This document shows positions 1 to 9,738 of a stretch of 20,000 bases of DNA, in pieces (the first letter of the stretch is position 1; each line of letters opens with the position of its first letter). The stretch lies in contig NC_057718.1 of assembly GCF_004010195.1 (NCBI RefSeq), forward strand, positions 21,623,499-21,643,498, in the 5' to 3' direction. A program made the position numbers and the translations under genes. The DNA comes from Chiloscyllium plagiosum. Its lineage: Eukaryota. The notes beneath the pieces are model-generated. The model made no database searches and was not told the DNA's origin. It saw nothing but the letters and a program-made list of their open reading frames with translations.

Positions 1-897
1 CCCTTAGTCTCTTTTATATCTTTCCCCTCTCACTCTAAACCTATGCCCTCTAGTTCTGGACTCCCCCATCCCAGGGAAAATACCTTGTCTATTTATCCTA
101 TCCATGCCTCTTATGATTTCATAGACCTCTATAAGATCACCCCTCAGCCTTTGATGCTCCAGGAAGAACAGCCACAGACTATTCAGCCTCTCATTTTAGC
201 TCAAATTCTCCAAACCTGGCAACATCCTTGAAAATCTTTTCTGAACCCTTTCAAGTTTCACAACATCCTTCCAATAGGAAGGAGACCAGAATTGCATGCA
301 ATATTCCAAAAGTGGCTGAACCAATGTCCTGTACAGACCTCCCAACTCCTATACTCAGTACTCTGACCAATAAGGGAAAACATACCAAACGCCTTCTTCA
401 TTATCACATCAACTTGGGATTTTACTTTCAAGGAGCTATGAATCTGCACTGCAAGGTCTCCTGTTCAGCAACACTCCCTAAGACCTTACCATTAAATGTA
501 TAGGCCCTGCTCTGATAGGCTTTTCCAAATGCAGCACCTCGCATTTATCTAAATTAAACTCCATCTTCCACTCCTCAGCCCATTGACTCATTTGATCAAG
601 ATCCCATTGTAATTTGAGGTAACCTTCTTCGCTGTCTACTACACCTCCAATTTTGGTGTCATCTGCAAACCTACTAACTGGACCTCTTGCGCTCACATCC
701 AAATCATTTATATAAATTACAAAAAGTAGTGGACCCATCACAAATCGTTGTGGCACTCCACTGGTCACAAGTCTCCAGTCTGAAAAGCAACCCCCCACCA
801 CCACCCTCTGTCTTCGACCTACGAGCCAGTTTTGTATCCAAATGGCTAGTACTTCCTATATTTCATGAAATCTAACCTTGCTAACCAGTCTCCTATG
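1..897 (-). mobile_element. CR1-type LINE fragment (RT and 3' region), decayed
   Basis: Minus ORF 478-804 reads VTSGVPQRFVMGPLLFVIYINDLD...RFADDTKIGG...QWAEEWKMEFNLDKCEVLH, typical of CR1 RT. It continues with frameshifts into KAFGMFSLIGQSTEYRSWEV. The 3' end lies left of the window. Confidence 0.93.
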
Positions 898-1340
898 GAG
901 TCATAGGGCACATAAACAGGCCCTTTGGCCCAACTCGTCCATGTCAACTAGTTTTCCTAGTTTGAATTAGCCTCATTTGCCTGCATCTGTCCCATATTCC
1001 TCTAAACCCTTCCTAAACATGTACCTGTCCAAATGTCTTCTAAGTGTTGCAACTGTACATGCCTCTGCAACCTCGTTTGGCAGGTTGTTCCATATATGCA
1101 CTATCCTCTGTGTGAAATGTTGCCCCTCAGGTCCCTTTTAAATCTTTCCCCTCTCCCCTATGCCCTTTAGTTTCGAACTCTCCTATCCTGGGGAAAGACC
1201 TTGGCTATTCACATTATCTATGTCCCTCATGATTTCATAAAACTCTATGAAGTCAATCCTGGTGTATTCAGAGTCTCCTTATTAATCAAACCTTCCAGTC
1301 TTAGTAACATCCTTGTAAATCATTTCTGCATCCTTTCCAG
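898..1340 (-). mobile_element. CR1 LINE 3'-terminal fragment
   Basis: Starts with the reverse complement of the CR1 3' tail (GAGTCATAG...ACAGGCCCTTTGGCCCAAC), also seen at 5318. Positions 1130-1250 resemble 1-140. Confidence 0.88.
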
Positions 1341-1504
1341 TTAATAAAGTAAGGAAAGGCGTTTTCTCCTTTCACATGTAACAAAATTGTAGATTTTCCA
1401 CATAGATTATGTACAAGTAGAAATACTTGCATGGAGTACAAACGCAAAGAACATGATGCACCTATAAAACAATTTGGTTCAGCCTGAAATGTAGTCAAGG
1501 TATA

Positions 1505-1728
1505 TGATGCTGGAAAAGCACAGCCAGTTAGGCAGTCTCCGGGGCACAGGACGTTTTGAGCATAAGCCCTTCATCAGGAATGAGAGCATTGGTTTAAGGT
1601 GAAAGGGGAAAGAGGTGAGAGGGGTTTATGCTCAAAATGTTGATTCTCCTACACCTCAGATGCTGTGCTTTTCCAGCACCACACTCTTCGACTCTGATCT
1701 CCAGCATTTGTAATCCTCACTTTCTCTC
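1505..1728. mobile_element. Penelope-like terminal-repeat remnant with two inverted arms
   Basis: TGCTGGAAAAGCACAGC...GCCCTTCATCAGGAAT (1508-1581) matches the termini at 9160-9243 and 19845-19926. An inverted partial copy (GCTGTGCTTTTCCAGCA) lies at 1620-1728. A short CR1-like piece (GGTTTAAGGTGAAAGGGGAAAGA) sits between the arms. Confidence 0.8.
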
Positions 1729-1744
1729 AGCTTGAAATGTTGTA

Positions 1745-1972
1745 TAAGATATCCCCTCCTATCCAAAAGTAGAGTGTTCCTATGAAACCTTTCATAAGCT
1801 GAAATGGCATAAATTGAAGAAGCATTAATTTTATGGGAAAAATTTTGCTGTTTTTCGTAAAAGTGAAAATCATCTTTGGATTTCTTTTGGTTAACGTGAA
1901 CAGGTATTAATGTGAATCTTCCATAAAAGTGAAGTGGCGTAAAGCGAACTTTCAAAAAGCGGGGAATACTTG
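1745..1972. mobile_element. Non-autonomous DNA transposon (pogo/Tigger-like MITE)
   Basis: Imperfect terminal inverted repeats: left TAAGATATCCCCTCCTATCCAAAAGT versus reverse complement of the right end CAAGTATTCCCCGCTTTTTGAAAGT. TA on the left flank, CA (possibly a mutated TA) on the right. About 228 bp, no coding capacity. Family assignment is by resemblance only. Confidence 0.6.
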
Positions 1973-2014
1973 CACCATGTCCAATTCTATTCACGGCATT
2001 TTAGGAAAGACAGT

Positions 2015-3120
2015 ATTACATTTTATAGGGTGCAGAAAAGATTCATAAGAAGGTTCTAGAGTTGAGGAACTTCATTTATGTTACTAAATTAGAGAAGCAG
2101 GGATATGGAAGGATCATGAGAGATTTGTTAAAGTTGTTCAAGATCATGAAAGTTTGGACAAAATAGAAATGGAGAAACTGTTGATGTTGGTTGAAGGACC
2201 AAAAACCACAAGTCACTGATTCAAGGTGACGAGCAAAAGAAGCAACATTTTTAGGAGAATGGTCCCAGGAACAAGGGATGTTAGTGGCAGGGTTAGGTTG
2301 AAACCATAGAAACATAGAAATTAGTTGCAGAAATAGGCCATTCGGCCCTTTGAGCCTGCACCACTATTCAATATGATCAGAGCTGATCACACAATTTCAG
2401 TATCCCATTCCCGCTTTCTCTCCATAGCCTTTGATCCCTTTAGCTGCAAGGGCCACATCCAGCTCCCTCATGAATATATCTAATGAACTGATCCCAACAG
2501 CTTCCTGTGGAAGAGAATTCCACAGGTTCAGAACTCTGAGTGAAAAAAATTCTTCCTTATCTCAGAATAGCTTACCCCTTATTCTTAGACTATGACCCCT
2601 GGTTCTGGACCTACTCAACATCAAGAACATTCCTCCGGAATAGACTGTCCAGTCCCAGCAGTATTTTGTATATTTCTATGAGATTCCCCCCATCATTCTT
2701 CTAAATTCTAGCGAATACAAACCCAGTCAATTCAGTCTTTCCTTACTTCAGTCCTGCCATCCTGAGAATCAGTCTGGTGAACATTCACTAACAAAAATGT
2801 CCTTCCTCAGACTAAGAGATCAAAAGTGCATACATTATTCAAGGTGTGGCCTCACCAAGGCCACCACACTAATTGTGAATAGGAATTTGTTACACACTTA
2901 ATGCTAATGACCTGGGAATATGGTGCCTTAGGCTGTGGTGCAAAATGGAGACAATGACTTCAAAACAACTGTTAATTATTTCAAAAGAGTATTGGTTGGC
3001 ATTTGGGGAAAAAGACTTGTAGAATATTGGGGAAAGTGCATGGGAATGCAACAGATTGTTTTGCTGTATAAACAGCAACAGATACGATGGGTCAAATGTC
3101 CTCCTACTGAGTCATAATGA
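2015..3120 (+). mobile_element. Old, highly decayed CR1 3' region, split by a younger CR1
   Basis: Degenerate CR1 C-terminal sequence (AGGGTGCAGAAAAGATTCA...GTTCAAGATCATGA) at 2015-2300. A 3' tail-like end (GATGGGTCAAATGTCCTCCTACTG) occurs at about 3085-3120. This may be more than one copy. Confidence 0.6.
2305..2862 (-). mobile_element. CR1 LINE 3' fragment (second family)
   Basis: The tail microsatellite CATAGAAACATAGAAA is followed by AGGCCATTCGGCCC. The reverse complement includes ALVRPHLE and LWNSLPQEAV-type CR1 motifs. Confidence 0.88.
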
Positions 3121-3410
3121 CTTCGTGAATAAATGCTGCAAAGTAACACAATTAGCATAGTCCAATAATATTTAAACAGTTATTAGTCTGCATAAAAAGG
3201 ACAGAAAATAATTGGATTTGTTTGTGGAACTCCAGGTAGAACATGTTCACATTGGTTTTCAGCATGTTTCATAAATAGTGTGCCTTTCGCAAAGGACTGC
3301 TTCACATGAAATAAATGTCTTTTAGTGACATATTGCAATTCAAACATCATTTGACCATAATGCAACACTAACACAAATTCAATAAATGCAAGTAATTGGT
3401 CAATGTTTAA

Positions 3411-3566
<156 letters not shown>

Positions 3567-3568
3567 TG

Positions 3569-3763
3569 ATTTGGAGGTGCCGATGTTGGACTGGGATGGA
3601 CAAAGTTAAAAATCACAACACCAGGTCATCATCCAACAGGTGTATTTGGAAGCACTAGCTTTCAAAGTGCTGCTCCTCATCAGGTGGTTGTCCTGATGAA
3701 GAAGTAGCGCTTCAAAAGCTAATACTTCCAAATAAACTTGTTGGACTATAACTTGGTGTTGTG
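3569..3763. mobile_element. Palindromic Penelope-derived insert in the QPCT 3' UTR
   Basis: Inverted arms 3614-3684 and 3692-3763 are about 80% complementary around a 7-nt loop. The flanking direct repeats are TCATATTGTGATG (3556-3568) and TCATATTATGATG (3764-3776). Each arm carries a CTGATGA-stem-(G/A)AAA motif. Confidence 0.85.
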
Positions 3764-3831
3764 TCATATTATGATGTTGCCTTAATGTTTACCAAATGGA
3801 TGGCTATGACAGACCCATGTATTGCAAACTA

Positions 3832-3837
3832 AATAAA
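3832..3837 (+). promoter_or_regulatory. Candidate QPCT polyadenylation signal
   Basis: First AATAAA in non-repeat sequence after the stop codon. Alternatives are the TE-borne AATAAA at 3731-3736 and ATTAAA near 4136. Actual usage is unknown. Confidence 0.35.
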
Positions 3838-4644
3838 TTTAAGAAAGCAGTTACAGATTCTGCTGCAACTAGGAATCATTATTTACAAGTAACCAAATTT
3901 ATTCACATAGTTAATGTCCATGAGAATATATTGTATAGAAAGATCAATACTCATTGTTTTTAATCAATAGATGCTTCATGGCTTACATTCTTGGTAAATA
4001 ATGCTTGCTGGTGTTAGTTTTCTTGGTAATATTGTTTCAGGATACATTTGAAATCATTTTGGTGATATGTTAATTTAACTGCAACGAAAATATATCTGGA
4101 CTGTAATGGTTAAGTTTGTCAATTGGAATGTATGCATTAAACAGTATAGTTGTACTACACATTTTGTATCAGTGTAAATGTATTATGACATAAAAATCAT
4201 CACTTCAGCATTATGTTGTCAAATATAGATCTGAAACATGAGTCCACACTGCATGACGTGTAACTTCAAATGTTGAGAAGTAACTTTGATAGAAATCACT
4301 CTTAACTGAGCTCAACAACTCTTTTCGAAAGACAGAAGTTTAAGCAGTCAAATACAAATCTCTACTTTTCTAATCCAAAAGTCAAGAACATGCTGTAAAA
4401 CTAAGTGCTTGTCTGTTTGAACTCTTACATTTAAAGCAGGCAGCAAAACTGTAGGCAAACCAAAGTAAGGGTCATACAGCACAATCTTTACTCTAGAAGG
4501 TACAGGTTCAAATTCCATCTGCCCAAGAAAAAATCACTCAAGAAGTTTGGTACTCAACTCTAAGAGCTTCAATTCTAATCCTGTTGCCACTGTCTACCCA
4601 GGGCCTTTCCAGTGGACCTCCATCTGGATATTTCTGGTAATTAT

Positions 4645-5312
4645 AAAAAATACAAAGAATTGCAGTTGCTGAAAATCAGAAACAAAAACAGTAATTGATA
4701 GAAAACCTCAGAAGGTCTGGCAGCATCTGTGGAGAGAAAGTAGTGATGTTTGGCTCTAGTGACTCTTCTTCAGAACTGACTGTAGCTGGAAAAGGTTGGG
4801 ATATATGCTAAAGAAGGAGTGGAGGAAGAGGAAAGAAGTAAATGATCGGTGGAGATGGAGCCCAGACAGAGAAAAACAGTTGGGCAGTCAAAGGAATGGG
4901 TAAAGGTCAGCCTGGGAGAATGAATGGCTGTTAAGTAAGACTAATAATGGCTGACAATGGGCTGTGTTGATGTTAGCAATCCATGTGATGACAAGGCCCA
5001 GTGTGTGGGGGTTGGAGTAAGGTCATGGGAGAAAGTGCCCAGGCCCCAAAATTATTGAACTTGATATTGAGTCCAGAAGTGGAAAATGAGGCATTCTTCC
5101 AACTTGCATTGAACTTCACTGGAGCACTGGAGCAAGGCCGAAACAGAGATGTTGGTGAGGTGATGAAATGGCAGGCAACCAAAAGCTCATTGTCATTTTT
5201 GCAGATACAACATAGGCAACAGGGGTGACCAAGGTACCTGCCTGGGCTCCAGTGAAGTTCAGCGCAAGCTGTAAGAACAATATCTCAGTTTCCACTTGCG
5301 GACCCTGCAGTG
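4645..5312 (-). mobile_element. Decayed Penelope-like element (terminal repeat plus GIY-YIG C-terminal remnant) with internal inversion
   Basis: Terminal repeat GGTCTGGCAGCATCTGTGGAGAGAAAG. The minus strand reads SGLNIKFNNF, resembling the Penelope ORF end. Positions 5086-5125 and 5246-5290 are inverted copies of each other. Confidence 0.75.
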
Positions 5313-5317
5313 TTAAG

Positions 5318-7308
5318 AGTCCTAGAGGTATACAGCATGGAAACAGGCCCTTTGGCCCAACTCATCTATGCCGACCAGGTTTCTAATTAGTACATTTGCC
5401 TGCATTTGGTTCATATCCCCCTATTCCATGTACGTTTCCAAATGTTTTTTAAATGTTGTTATTGTACCTGCCACTGCAACTTCCTCTGGCAGCTCATTCC
5501 ACATTCTCTGTCAAAACGTTGCCCCTCAGATCCCTTCTAAATTTTTCTCTCACCTTAAATCTTTAGTTTTGGACTCCTCTACCTGGGGAAAGATCTGCGC
5601 TATTCACCTTATCTATGCCCCTGGTGATTTCATTAAACTCTAGAAGGTCACCCCTCAGCCTCCTACACTCAAGGGAAAAAAGTCCAAGAATATCCAGTCT
5701 CTCCTTATAATTCCAGTATTTTTGCACCCTTTACAGTTTAATAGTATCCTTCCTATGGCAGAGTGACCAGAATTGTATGCAGTATTCCAACTGTGGCCGA
5801 TGTCTTGTACATCCGTAACATGATATCCCAACTCCTGTACTGAATGCTCTGAATGATGAAGGTAGGTGTGCCAAGCGCCTTGCTCACCACCCTGCCTACC
5901 TGTGTTTCCACGTTCAAAGAACTGCGAGGTCTCTCTTTTCAACAACACTCCCCAGGACCCTACCATTAACTATGTAAGTTCTGCCCTGGTTTGTCTTACC
6001 AAAATACAACACCTTGTATTAATCTGCATTAAACTCCAACTTGCCATTTGATTACAAATCCATTGTGCTCTTAGTAAACCTTCTTCATCAATTTTGGTGT
6101 CACCTACAAACTTACTAACATGCCTCCTATATACCCGTCTAAATCATTTTTATAAGTTACAAACAACAGCGGACCCAGCACGAATTCTTGAAGCACCCTG
6201 CTGGTTACAGGCTTCCAGTCTCAAAAACAACCCTCTACCACCACCCTTTGTCTCCTACTGTCAAGCCAATTTTGTATCCAATTGGCTAGTTCTCCCTGGA
6301 TCCCATGTGATCTAATCTTACTAACCAGTTGACCATGTGGTACCTTGTCAAAGGCCTTGCTAAAATCCATGTCGACAACATCTACCACACTGCCTTCATC
6401 TATCGTTTTGGTCACCTCTTCAAAAAAAACAATCAAATTTGTGAGAGACAACTTACCACGCACAAAGCCATGCTATCCCTAATTAGTCCCTGCCTTTCCA
6501 AATGCTTGTAGATTCTGTCTCTCAGAATCCCCTCCAACAACTTACCCACCATTAACATTAGACTCACATGTCTGTAATTTCCTGCCTTTCTCTTGCAGTC
6601 TTCCTTAAGTAATGGCACATTAGCCTCCCTCCAGTCTTTCAGTACCTCACCTATGGCTGTCGATGCGTCAATGATACAAATATCTATGCAACTTCTTCCC
6701 TCACTTCCTTTCAATGTCCTAGGATACAACTTCATCAGGCCCTGGGTATTTATCTACCTTTATGCATTTTAGGACCTCCAACACTTCCTCTTCTGTAATG
6801 TGGACTCTTTTTAAAACACGGTAAAAACATCACTATTTACTTCCCTAGCTTCCATATCTTTCTCCATGGTAAATACTGATGACAAATATTTGTTAGGATC
6901 TCACCCACCTCCTGTGGTTTCACATACAGATAACCTCAGTGATCTTTAAGGGGCCCTATTTTCTCCCTTGTTACTCTTTTGCCCTTAATATACTTGTGGA
7001 ATCTCTGTGGATTCTCCTTTGCCTTATCTGCCAAAGTTATTTCATGCCCTCTTTTTGCCATCTTTATTTCCCTCTTAAGTGTACTTCTTCAGTCCTTATA
7101 GTCTTCAAGGGATCCCAGCTGCCCATACTGACATATGTCTCCTTTTTCTTGATTGGAGCCATGATAACTCTCGACATTTTGTTTTCCCTACTACTGCCAG
7201 CCTTGCCCTTCACCCTAACAGGAACATGCTGGCCCTGAACCCTTGTTATCTTACTTTTGAAAACCTCCCATTTGCCAGACTTCCATTTACCTGCGAACAG
7301 CTTCCTTC
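5318..7308 (-). mobile_element. CR1 LINE, about 2 kb, 5'-truncated and internally deleted
   Basis: 3' tail at 5318. Minus ORFs read LTNLIVFFEEVTKTIDEGSVVDVVDMDFSKAFDKVPHG...RQRVVVEGCF and DWREANVPLLK...GNYRHVSL. The linker region extends to about 7308. Confidence 0.95.
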
Positions 7309-7309
7309 A

Positions 7310-7392
7310 ATCAAACCGAAATGTTAATTCTGCTTTCTCTCCACAGATGCTGCCATACTTTCTGAGTTTTTCAAGCAATTTTTGTTTTTGCA
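7310..7392 (+). mobile_element. Penelope terminal-repeat piece, inverted partner of 4670-4755
   Basis: CTTTCTCTCCACAGATGCTGCCA...TTTTTGTTTTTG is the reverse complement of the repeat near 4680-4740. Confidence 0.75.
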
Positions 7393-8718
7393 ATTATTAT
7401 TGAAATGAAGACCTTCCACTAAGAATGGTCAGGCCTCCACATCCACAAACTTATCAGTTATGCTACTTTCTTCAGAATGGAACCCCTTTTAAAATTAGTG
7501 CCTATTTTGGAATATAACTTAGAAGACCTTGCCCTATTTTGTAAAGATCATACTCAAGATGCCATGAAGACAGTTATATTGTCTGAAATGTTAAAAAGAA
7601 ATAAGCACAAGTCAGGAATGGTCTCCTGTTCCTAATTCTATAGGTTTTCGTATTATTTCAAATAGCCATCCCAACCCCAGCTGAGGGTATGTTTTAGAGA
7701 TTTTGAGATATAAAATCCTATTAGTACTGTGACATGAGAAATTTGCTGATAATAAAGCTCGATTACTCCTCCAGTCGCATAATTTGTGTAAATGTATTGA
7801 CTCAATTACAGAAATGGCCAATTGCTTCATTTTTGTACTATGATCCAGCAAAATAAAATCCACCAGGATTCTTTAATTAATTAAAAAATAACCCATTTAT
7901 TTTGAACCAAACATGTTCTTAAAGGCAATCGAAAACATTGGTTAACACCGAGGCTATGATCTAGAATTAAACCTCTATGCCCTAAATCTCATATAAGTAC
8001 AAAGTGATGGTTCTCAAAGAAACATCTTTGGCCACAAAGATGAATCCTTATGGCCAAAGGTCTGGAAACAAAGGATATAATGTGATGACTTCTGACATCC
8101 ATCAATTTCCTGTCAATGAAGCTGAATTCCTGATGGCCATTGACCAATGATAAATTTGAATTCTGATTCCTATCAACTTGAATCTGAGTCACTGAGGTTT
8201 GGACATTGTGCACCCATAATCACATAACTGTTACAGTGCAGAACAAGGCCATTTGCCCATTATGCCTGGACAGTTCTATTACGTAGTGCCAATATCCTGC
8301 CTTTTCCCTGCAGACTATTTCTTTCCAAATACTCACTCAATGTTTTCTTGAATGCCTCAACTGAACTTGTCTCCACATTTCCAGACAGTGTATTCTATAT
8401 TCTAACTAGTTGTTGTGTGAAAAGATTTTTTTTCTCACATCACCCTTACTTCATTTGCACATCATTTGAAATCTATGCCTTCTCATTCATTTTTATTTTA
8501 TGAGCAGGTGCTGAGCATACTCATGGTTTTAAAAACTTCTAATAAATCTCCTCTCAGCCTTCTTCTTGCAAAAAAGAAGTCCCAAATTCATCAATCTATG
8601 AGAAGGTGCCAAAAAAAAATTGATGAGGACAGAACAATACACAGTTTTCTTAGACTTTAGTAAAGCCTTCGACACGGCTTTGCATTGAAGACAGATTTGT
8701 AAAATTAGGTCATATCGG

Positions 8719-8812
8719 ATTCCTGATGAAGAGCTTATGCTCGAAATATTGATTCTCCTGCTCCTCAGATACTGCCTGACCGGCTGTGCTTTTCTTGCAT
8801 CACACTCTTCGA
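8719..8812 (+). mobile_element. Solo Penelope terminal repeat with hammerhead motif
   Basis: ATTCCTGATGAAGAGCTTATGCTCGAAATATTGATTCTCCTGCTCCTCAGATACTGCCTGACC interrupts the CR1 RT region. GGATTC occurs at both junctions. Confidence 0.85.
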
Positions 8813-9205
8813 TATACTGGATTCAGGGTAAGCTTGCCAATTGGATACATAATTGACATAACATCAGGAGACATGGAGTGGTAGTGGAGAGCTGCTTTTC
8901 TGACTGAAGGTCTGTTGTCAGTGGTGTTCCACTGGGATCAGTTCAGGGTCCTCTTTTGTTTGTCATTTATATAAATTATTTGGATGAGCACACAGAAGGC
9001 ATGGCTGATATAATTTTGCAGATGACACCAAAATTGGTGGTATAGTAACAGTGAAGAAGATTTTCTAAGATTATGAAAGGATCTTGATCAAATAGGTCAA
9101 TGAGCTAGAAAATGACAGCTGGAGTTCAATCTGGATAAATGCAAAGTAGATGGAAATGTGTTGCTGGAGAAGCGCAGCAGGTCAGGCAGCATCTAGGGAA
9201 CAGGA

Positions 9206-9243
9206 GAATCGACGTTTCGGGCATTAGCCCTTCTTCAGGAATG
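9206..9243 (-). ncRNA. Minimal hammerhead ribozyme motif (Penelope-associated)
   Basis: The minus strand reads CAUUC CUGAAGA A GGGC UAAU GCCC GAAA CGUC GAUUC: a CUGANGA box, stem II hairpin, GAAA box, palindromic ACGU and a GUC triplet. Confidence 0.72.
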
Positions 9244-9666
9244 AGGAAAGTTTGTCCAGCAGGCTAAGATAAAAGATAGGGAGGAGGGACTTGGGGGAGG
9301 GGCGTCGGAAATGTGATAGGTGGAAAAAGGTCAAGGTGAGGGTGATAGGACAGATTGGGGTGGGGGCGGAGAGGTCGGGAAGAAGATTCTATCAGGACAT
9401 AGTGATCAAAAATGGTGTGTTTTGGCTTGTGCATGAGATGAATTTTCATAGACCAGCTGCCATATCTCACGAGGGTAGCAATCTAATCTCATTTTCACTG
9501 TCTTATCAATATAGTCAAGACTGCTTAAACAGGAGGTGCAAGACTTGCGCCCACACCTCCCCTCTCACCTCCCTCCAAGGCCCCAAAGGAAACTTCCATA
9601 TCCGCCACAGATTCACCTGTACCTCCACACATATCATCTATTGCATCCCCTGTACCCGATGTGGCC

Positions 9667-9738
9667 NNNNNNNNNNNNNNNNNNNNNNNNNNNNNNNNNN
9701 NNNNNNNNNNNNNNNNNNNNNNNNNNNNNNNNNNNNNN
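9667..9738. other. Assembly gap (72 N)
   Basis: Run of N. Confidence 1.

Noticed and set aside
1656..1994. 112-aa minus ORF as a possible transposase
   Set aside because: It spans a MITE and a Penelope remnant and has no DDE or HTH motifs.
3830..4100. Scattered ATTTA pentamers as AU-rich elements
   Set aside because: Isolated copies at about the frequency expected in AT-rich DNA, and the UTR extent is unknown.
4470..4530. GGTTCAAATTCC B-box-like motif, possible tRNA or old SINE
   Set aside because: No cloverleaf, convincing A box or SINE body is visible.
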